Of a DNA stretch of 64,000 nt, positions 59,880 through 64,000 are shown one piece after another; positions within the stretch are counted from its first letter, which is position 1, and every line of letters begins with the position of its first letter. The stretch is from a virus. A program made the position numbers and the translations under genes. Under the pieces are notes generated by a model, which did not search any database, was not told the DNA's origin, and worked only from the letters and a program-made list of their open reading frames with translations. The stretch covers positions 12,588 to 76,587 of IMG/VR virus record IMGVR_UViG_3300019458_000032, one strand, 5' to 3'.

Positions 59880-60000
59880 TGTCTACATTTTTGACAGTGT
59901 ATAGAAGTTTGACAGTGTAGTGATTTCACACACTTAAAGAGTTTCTGTATATTCTTTTGACAGTGGCGAACTTTTTTACAGATGTGATTTCAGCTACTTA
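59880..60000 (+). promoter_or_regulatory. duplicated enhancer-like array: 4x TGT-N11-ACA and 2x IHF-like sites
   Basis: Sites at 59880-96, 59898-914, 59946-62 and 59964-80 (last one TGG); TTTGACAGTG occurs three times; GTGATTTCA-N3-ACTTA at 59920 and 59984. Confidence 0.65.
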
Positions 60001-60004
60001 GCAC

Positions 60005-60021
60005 TTGGCACAGCGTCTGCA
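60005..60021 (+). promoter_or_regulatory. sigma-54 (-24/-12) promoter
   Basis: TTGGCACAGCGTCTGCA: GG(60007-8)-N10-GC(60019-20), close to consensus YTGGCACG-N4-TTGCW. Confidence 0.75.
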
Positions 60022-60032
60022 ATACTGGTTTG

Positions 60033-60446
60033 CAAGCGACGCAATTGTAGAACGTAGCCTCTGTCGTAGACGGCACCGCGATGTAACCAGTGCTTGTCTT
60101 GTTTCACCTAGAGGTTGTGCTTGAAGTGAGCAAGACTGTAAGTCATTGAGGGCGAGAAGCTAGTCGAAAGGTTGAGAGCTAACCTGTCTATGGCATGGGA
60201 AGAGTGAACACTCACGAGTACCATTAAGACCTAACAGCGTTAGATTAAATACCAAGTGGTCTCAATCTTATACCCTGTACTGAAGTCCTTTCGAGGATTG
60301 TATAGAAAATATGGTATTATAGCCGCTGAGAACAACGCACATGAGAACAACCCGAGCGATAAGACCCATGTCAAAGTTAGGGCTTATGTGAAATAAACTC
60401 AGTGAATTGCTATTGCTGACGTGTCTCGCGTTAGCAAGTGAATAGA
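60033..60446 (+). ncRNA. candidate large structured ncRNA/leader
   Basis: No + strand ORF of 60 aa or more, GC-enriched relative to flanks, many hairpins including a UUCG loop; bounded by the sigma-54 promoter and a hammerhead. Confidence 0.6.
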
Positions 60447-60516
60447 AGACGAAACAGGGAAATACTGTCAAAAGTATTCCCTGTAGCGTAGTTATTTCAC
60501 TACGCCTGATGAGTCT
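60447..60516 (+). ncRNA. hammerhead ribozyme, type II (HH1); predicted cleavage after GUA 60485
   Basis: AGAC-GAAA-[CAGGGAAATACT gtcaaa AGTATTCCCTG]-TA-[GCGTAG ttatttca CTACGC]-CTGATGA-GTCT. All core nucleotides and three stems present. Confidence 0.92.
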
Positions 60517-60538
60517 AATATTGTAAAGGAGAAATACA

Positions 60539-60808
60539 ATGGAAAATCAAGAGAAGTTAAATTCTATTCAAGCTCAAATTGAGGCTCTTAAAGCTGAAGC
60601 TAAAGCTTTAAAGCCGAAAAAAGAGCATACTCTCTCATTCAAAGTGAATGAGAAAGGTACAATTTCTGTATATGGATTGCAGAAATTTCCAGTGAGTTTG
60701 TATCCCACACAATGGGAAAAACTCTTTAAAACTATGCCTGAACTCATGAAGATTGTTCAGCCTTTAATTGACGCTGCTAAAGCTGCTAAAGAAGTTAAAA
60801 CAGCCTAA
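60539..60808 (+). CDS. small protein (coiled coil plus KV-EKG-ISVYGL-KFPVSLY-QW domain), flanked by two ribozymes
   Basis: AAGGAG RBS; first ORF after the sigma-54 promoter. Confidence 0.75.
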   Translation: MENQEKLNSIQAQIEALKAEAKALKPKKEHTLSFKVNEKGTISVYGLQKFPVSLYPTQWEKLFKTMPELMKIVQPLIDAAKAAKEVKTA

Positions 60809-60842
60809 TTCGACCTACCCTTCCCCTTACCCCTACCCTTAA

Positions 60843-60904
60843 GGTCGAAACGCTGTAGTGAGCCTATTACAGCGTCTGAGAGTGTATCTTTCACTGAGGA
60901 GACC
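60843..60904 (+). ncRNA. hammerhead ribozyme, type II (HH2); predicted cleavage after GUC 60876
   Basis: GGTC-GAAA-[CGCTGTAGT gagcct ATTACAGCG]-TC-[TGAGAG tgtat CTTTCA]-CTGAGGA-GACC. Confidence 0.9.
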
Positions 60905-60909
60905 ATAAG

Positions 60910-61311
60910 ATGATGACATATGATCGTGCTAGAGAGTTGTATAACTCTGCTAGAAATAAAGCTAAAGGAAAGCCTATAGGAAATAATCTTAGGCTTGTTA
61001 AAGTTTGTATGGTTGATAAGTATTACGAGCAAGAGGATGTAGTGATTACATTGCCTGTATATGGGATTGTTTATCACGACACTGTAATTGTAAAGATATA
61101 TCCTTGTGATGCACCGTTTAATGAATATAGGATATATAATGGTGGATGGTTCTCAATAACAACAAAGAAGAATATTAATAAGTTTATACCCTATACTGTT
61201 GTTCAACGAAAGGGTGAATGGTTTGTTCAAGTTGAAGGTAATCTTAAACCGTTTGTTGAAGGTTTAAAGTTGGGGATAAAATTAAATGTATTTCTGGCAC
61301 CTATTGTTTAA
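60910..61311 (+). CDS. phage hypothetical protein
   Basis: YHDT-IV...GGW-S-TTK-IN motif; SD GAGGAG lies within the HH2 core. Confidence 0.7.
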   Translation: MMTYDRARELYNSARNKAKGKPIGNNLRLVKVCMVDKYYEQEDVVITLPVYGIVYHDTVIVKIYPCDAPFNEYRIYNGGWFSITTKKNINKFIPYTVVQRKGEWFVQVEGNLKPFVEGLKLGIKLNVFLAPIV

Positions 61312-61484
61312 CTAATAGCGAAACTTACTCAGTTAGAGATATTAATAAACAACTAATTAAAATAAGATGTGATGATGGGTGTTTCGACTGGTTTAATATA
61401 AAAAGATTCATTAAAGTAAATGAATCATTAACAGAATCAGATATGTTAGACAATATACAACGCAATGTAAAGGATGATGTATGA
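61260..61484 (+). CDS. start-less ORF, paralogue of 63640-63909, possibly reached by -1 frameshift
   Basis: RFKVGDKIKC...LTESDMLDNIQRNVKDDV*; ends in an ATGA overlap with 61481; no ATG/GTG/TTG near its 5' end. Confidence 0.6.
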   Translation, partial: RFKVGDKIKCISGTYCLTNSETYSVRDINKQLIKIRCDDGCFDWFNIKRFIKVNESLTESDMLDNIQRNVKDDV

Positions 61485-61690
61485 TAACAGTAAAACTTAA
61501 TGATGTTGCTTATCTATCGCGTATCACTACTATTGATAGATATGGTAAGGAAAAATGTGGACCCTTAATTCACACCTTCACAAAGTCTATGGCTAATGTT
61601 TATAGAGATGAGTTTGAAGCAATGAAAGATGTACAGACCTTTAAGAATTGGGTTAAGAAAGAATTTAAATTTGAATTAATTAAGGGGTAG
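61481..61690 (+). CDS. hypothetical protein
   Basis: AAGGA RBS; packed ORF. Confidence 0.55.
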   Translation: MITVKLNDVAYLSRITTIDRYGKEKCGPLIHTFTKSMANVYRDEFEAMKDVQTFKNWVKKEFKFELIKG

Positions 61691-61694
61691 TAAT

Positions 61695-62474
61695 ATGAGT
61701 TGCAAAGTATATAGCTTAGATGTATTCCGTCGAACAAAGAATAAACAATCATCCCTTATAACTTTAGCATCTAATAATATAGTTAACAATACAGACTTTA
61801 ACTTTCAATCTATTATAGATATGTTATCATCTAGATTTGGCAACGATCAACCCGAAGGTGGAGTTATATACAATGACCCGGTAGAAGAAAATTATATTGA
61901 TGCTTATGGTAGAGGTTGTATTCATAATTCTATATTTCAATACCACCCTAAAGAAGGTTCAAACGAACCTTGGAATAGACCAATGCCATTTCCTAGTGAT
62001 ATAAATAAGATATATAAAGCCATTGAAAAGAATAAGGGTAAGACAATGTACTTAGGGTATAAGTCAGACCCTCTTATGTGGATGGATGATAGGTATAAGA
62101 TAACAAAAGAAATTATAAGATATGCAACATTATACAATGTTATTCTCATCATTAATACAATGAGTGATCTATGTGCTTATGATGATTACATTCACTTAAT
62201 AAAAGAAGGTAAACATATTATTAATATGAACATGAGCTTGAATGATGGGAATGAAGAATTAGAACGACGTCTAAGCCCTGGTGCTCCAAGTTTATTACGT
62301 CGTAATAAAGCAATTGAGAAGTTAAGAGTTAATGGTGTTGAAGTTACAATACAAGAGTTTAAAACAATTGAAATAAAGCATAAGCGATTTGCATTAGCTA
62401 TGGGTGGTAATGTTGGAGATGTCATTAAGAGTGGAGATAAGAATATTATATCCTCTATAACGCAATGGAACTAG
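61695..62474 (+). CDS. degenerate radical-SAM (SplB/Rv2578c-like) protein lacking CxxxCxxC
   Basis: DAYGRGCIHNSIFQY; G-KSDP; KITK; NT-SDL; LSPGAPS--RR-KAIEKL---GV-V. Confidence 0.6.
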   Translation: MSCKVYSLDVFRRTKNKQSSLITLASNNIVNNTDFNFQSIIDMLSSRFGNDQPEGGVIYNDPVEENYIDAYGRGCIHNSIFQYHPKEGSNEPWNRPMPFPSDINKIYKAIEKNKGKTMYLGYKSDPLMWMDDRYKITKEIIRYATLYNVILIINTMSDLCAYDDYIHLIKEGKHIINMNMSLNDGNEELERRLSPGAPSLLRRNKAIEKLRVNGVEVTIQEFKTIEIKHKRFALAMGGNVGDVIKSGDKNIISSITQWN

Positions 62475-62520
62475 AGTTCTAGTCCCTAGCGTTTAAGGTG
62501 TGTAAGAGTTAGGAGAGATT

Positions 62521-62865
62521 ATGAAAAAAGATGTAGCAATGAAGTGGGTTAAAGCATTAAGATCGGGTAAATATAAACAAGCAAAGGAAAGCCTTCAAAA
62601 TCAAAATGAAAATGGTTATTGTTGTTTAGGTGTATTATGTAAGATTGCTGAAAAAGAAAATATTCCAATTAGATACGACGAACAATCCATTTATAGATTA
62701 TTTGGTGAAACTTTGTTCCACCAATTTGCAGTTCAACAATGGTCTGAATTAAAATCAACAGAAGGTAATTTTAATAAACATAGATCGCTAGTTTATTTAA
62801 ATGATAATGGAAAATCATTTAAATATATTGCTAATGTAATTGAAAAACATTGGAGAAAATTATGA
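62521..62865 (+). CDS. phage hypothetical protein
   Basis: WVKALRSGKYKQ...YCCLGVLC...LND-G-SF-IA-IE pattern; AGGAG RBS. Confidence 0.7.
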   Translation: MKKDVAMKWVKALRSGKYKQAKESLQNQNENGYCCLGVLCKIAEKENIPIRYDEQSIYRLFGETLFHQFAVQQWSELKSTEGNFNKHRSLVYLNDNGKSFKYIANVIEKHWRKL

Positions 62866-62969
62866 ATTATAAAGATTATCATGATAAAAAACAAAAGATC
62901 AATAAAGAGATTTTACAAATTGTTTTAATAATTATATTAAGTTTGATAGTGGGGTTCTTTATAAAATAA
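62862..62969 (+). CDS. 35-aa single-TM peptide
   Basis: ATGA overlap; MNYKDYHDKKQKINKEILQIVLIIILSLIVGFFIK. Confidence 0.5.
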   Translation: MNYKDYHDKKQKINKEILQIVLIIILSLIVGFFIK

Positions 62970-62979
62970 GGAGAATAAT

Positions 62980-63144
62980 ATGTTTCATATATACGATGGA
63001 AAGTTTAAAATTACAAGTGACCCAATCTCCTTCAATTGGCTGCAAAAGATGTTTACAAATGCTGGAATAAACTGGTCATTAGTTAACACACTTCCACATG
63101 GATCAATGGTTATGTATAAGACATTTAAGATTGTGAGGGTATAA
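62980..63144 (+). CDS. 54-aa hypothetical protein
   Basis: AAGGAG RBS; TAATG coupling to next gene. Confidence 0.55.
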   Translation: MFHIYDGKFKITSDPISFNWLQKMFTNAGINWSLVNTLPHGSMVMYKTFKIVRV

Positions 63145-63266
63145 TGAGTTGTTCTGAATTCTATTGCAATGATTGTGGATATCAAGATTATAATTGTCAT
63201 GATCATAAAGAATGCCCTAATTGTGATTCTGTTAATACGGAATATCAAGCTGAATTAGAGCCGTGA
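63144..63266 (+). CDS. 40-aa Zn-ribbon peptide
   Basis: CNDCG...CPNCDS. Confidence 0.55.
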   Translation: MSCSEFYCNDCGYQDYNCHDHKECPNCDSVNTEYQAELEP

Positions 63267-63319
63267 TAAAGAGATAAGTCCCGAAGGAATAATGTATTAT
63301 TTTTATAGGGGAGATTTTT

Positions 63320-63640
63320 ATGAAGTCGAAGTGGCTAAGTAAAATTAGGTCTGAAATATGGTGTACTTTAGAAGAATTTAAAGATGGTTCTATGAAAATT
63401 ATAGATGCATGGCATCCGCAAGTAAAAGATATTTCTTATTTAAATTTAGATGAATTCTTAAAATTAAATGCCCATCTTAGAGTTTATCAAGATATAACAT
63501 TCAAAGATCATCTATTGAATACATACACAAACATTAATAAACTTAATGACAATATATGTAAGCATGAATATAAATCTTATAGAGGATTTACAGATAACTA
63601 TGAGTTTTGTATACATTGTGATAACAAAAGGAATTTATAA
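63320..63640 (+). CDS. hypothetical protein with C-terminal C-H/CxxC finger
   Basis: GGGGAG RBS; CKHEY...CIHCD. Confidence 0.6.
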   Translation: MKSKWLSKIRSEIWCTLEEFKDGSMKIIDAWHPQVKDISYLNLDEFLKLNAHLRVYQDITFKDHLLNTYTNINKLNDNICKHEYKSYRGFTDNYEFCIHCDNKRNL

Positions 63641-63909
63641 TGGAATATAAACCTGGAGATAGAGTTATTATTATAAAAGATAACCCTAATATAGGAATAT
63701 GTAAAGATGATAAAAAAAACCCCTTCATTATAGGTAAAAAATTTACACTTCGTTCTATTTTCTATAAAGACAGCATTAGAAATTTTACAGGTTGGCATCT
63801 TCATGGGACTGACTGGTGGATTGACGATGGATCTTTTAAATTAGCTGGACCATTAACAGAATCTGATTACCTGGATAATATACAAAGGAATATAGCCGAT
63901 GATTTATAA
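63640..63909 (+). CDS. hypothetical protein (YKPGDRV N-terminus), paralogue of 61260-61484
   Basis: Shared C-terminus LTESD-LDNIQRN--DD. Confidence 0.65.
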   Translation: MEYKPGDRVIIIKDNPNIGICKDDKKNPFIIGKKFTLRSIFYKDSIRNFTGWHLHGTDWWIDDGSFKLAGPLTESDYLDNIQRNIADDL

Positions 63910-64000
63910 AAAGTTAGGAGGATTATATGTTTAAATAGTGGTAGTTATAAATTTCCCAGAAGGAATATAGCCGATGATTTATAAAAAGTTAGGAGGATTA
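63885..64000. repeat. direct repeat of at least 41 bp with 75-bp period
   Basis: AAGGAATATAGCCGATGATTTATAAAAAGTTAGGAGGATTA at 63885-63925 and 63960-64000 (second copy runs to the window edge). Confidence 0.85.

Noticed and set aside
59890-59965. TTGACA hexamers as sigma-70 -35 boxes, or the repeats as a CRISPR array
   Set aside because: No convincing -10 box at 17 bp; repeats are only 10 bp with irregular spacing and no cas genes. They fit TGT-N11-ACA dyads better.
60268-61077. Minus-strand ORFs 60268-60471 and 60805-61077
   Set aside because: Antisense to the structured RNA, ribozyme and real + strand genes; no recognisable protein features.
1-64000. Integrase, repressor, reverse transcriptase/DGR, tRNA genes
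   Set aside because: None recognised in this window; lifestyle cannot be fixed because the genome extends beyond it.

Overview
AT-rich, gene-dense segment of a tailed dsDNA bacteriophage with podovirus-like gene order. The host is probably Gram-negative (inferred from spanin-like genes, a GT9 gene and a sigma-54 promoter). Four blocks are visible. (1) 1-20.7 kb, + strand: replication and metabolism genes (ERF annealase, primase-helicase, AAA ATPase, family B DNA polymerase, a glycosyl/methyl/nucleotidyl-transferase cluster, Rnl1 RNA ligase, exonuclease, dUTPase, HNH nucleases, an exported ClpP-like protease, spanin-like genes). (2) 20.6-55.3 kb, - strand: virion module (TerL, portal, fibres/spikes, scaffold, major capsid, adaptor, nozzle, ejection proteins), punctuated by a recurrent TAACAACTRT promoter-like motif. 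(3) 55.5-59.5 kb: an M15 endolysin and small accessory genes. (4) A divergent control region at 59.5-60.9 kb followed by small early-type genes. The most striking observation is in block 4. A duplicated TGT-N11-ACA/IHF-like array and a sigma-54 (-24/-12) promoter precede about 410 nt of ORF-less, hairpin-rich RNA, followed by two complete type II hammerhead ribozymes flanking the first gene. The second ribozyme's catalytic core doubles as the next gene's Shine-Dalgarno sequence. It can also be sequestered by an 8-bp anti-ribozyme helix that starts right after the upstream stop codon, suggesting a translation-coupled self-cleavage switch. All calls come from manual motif reading; no database searches or folding computations were run.
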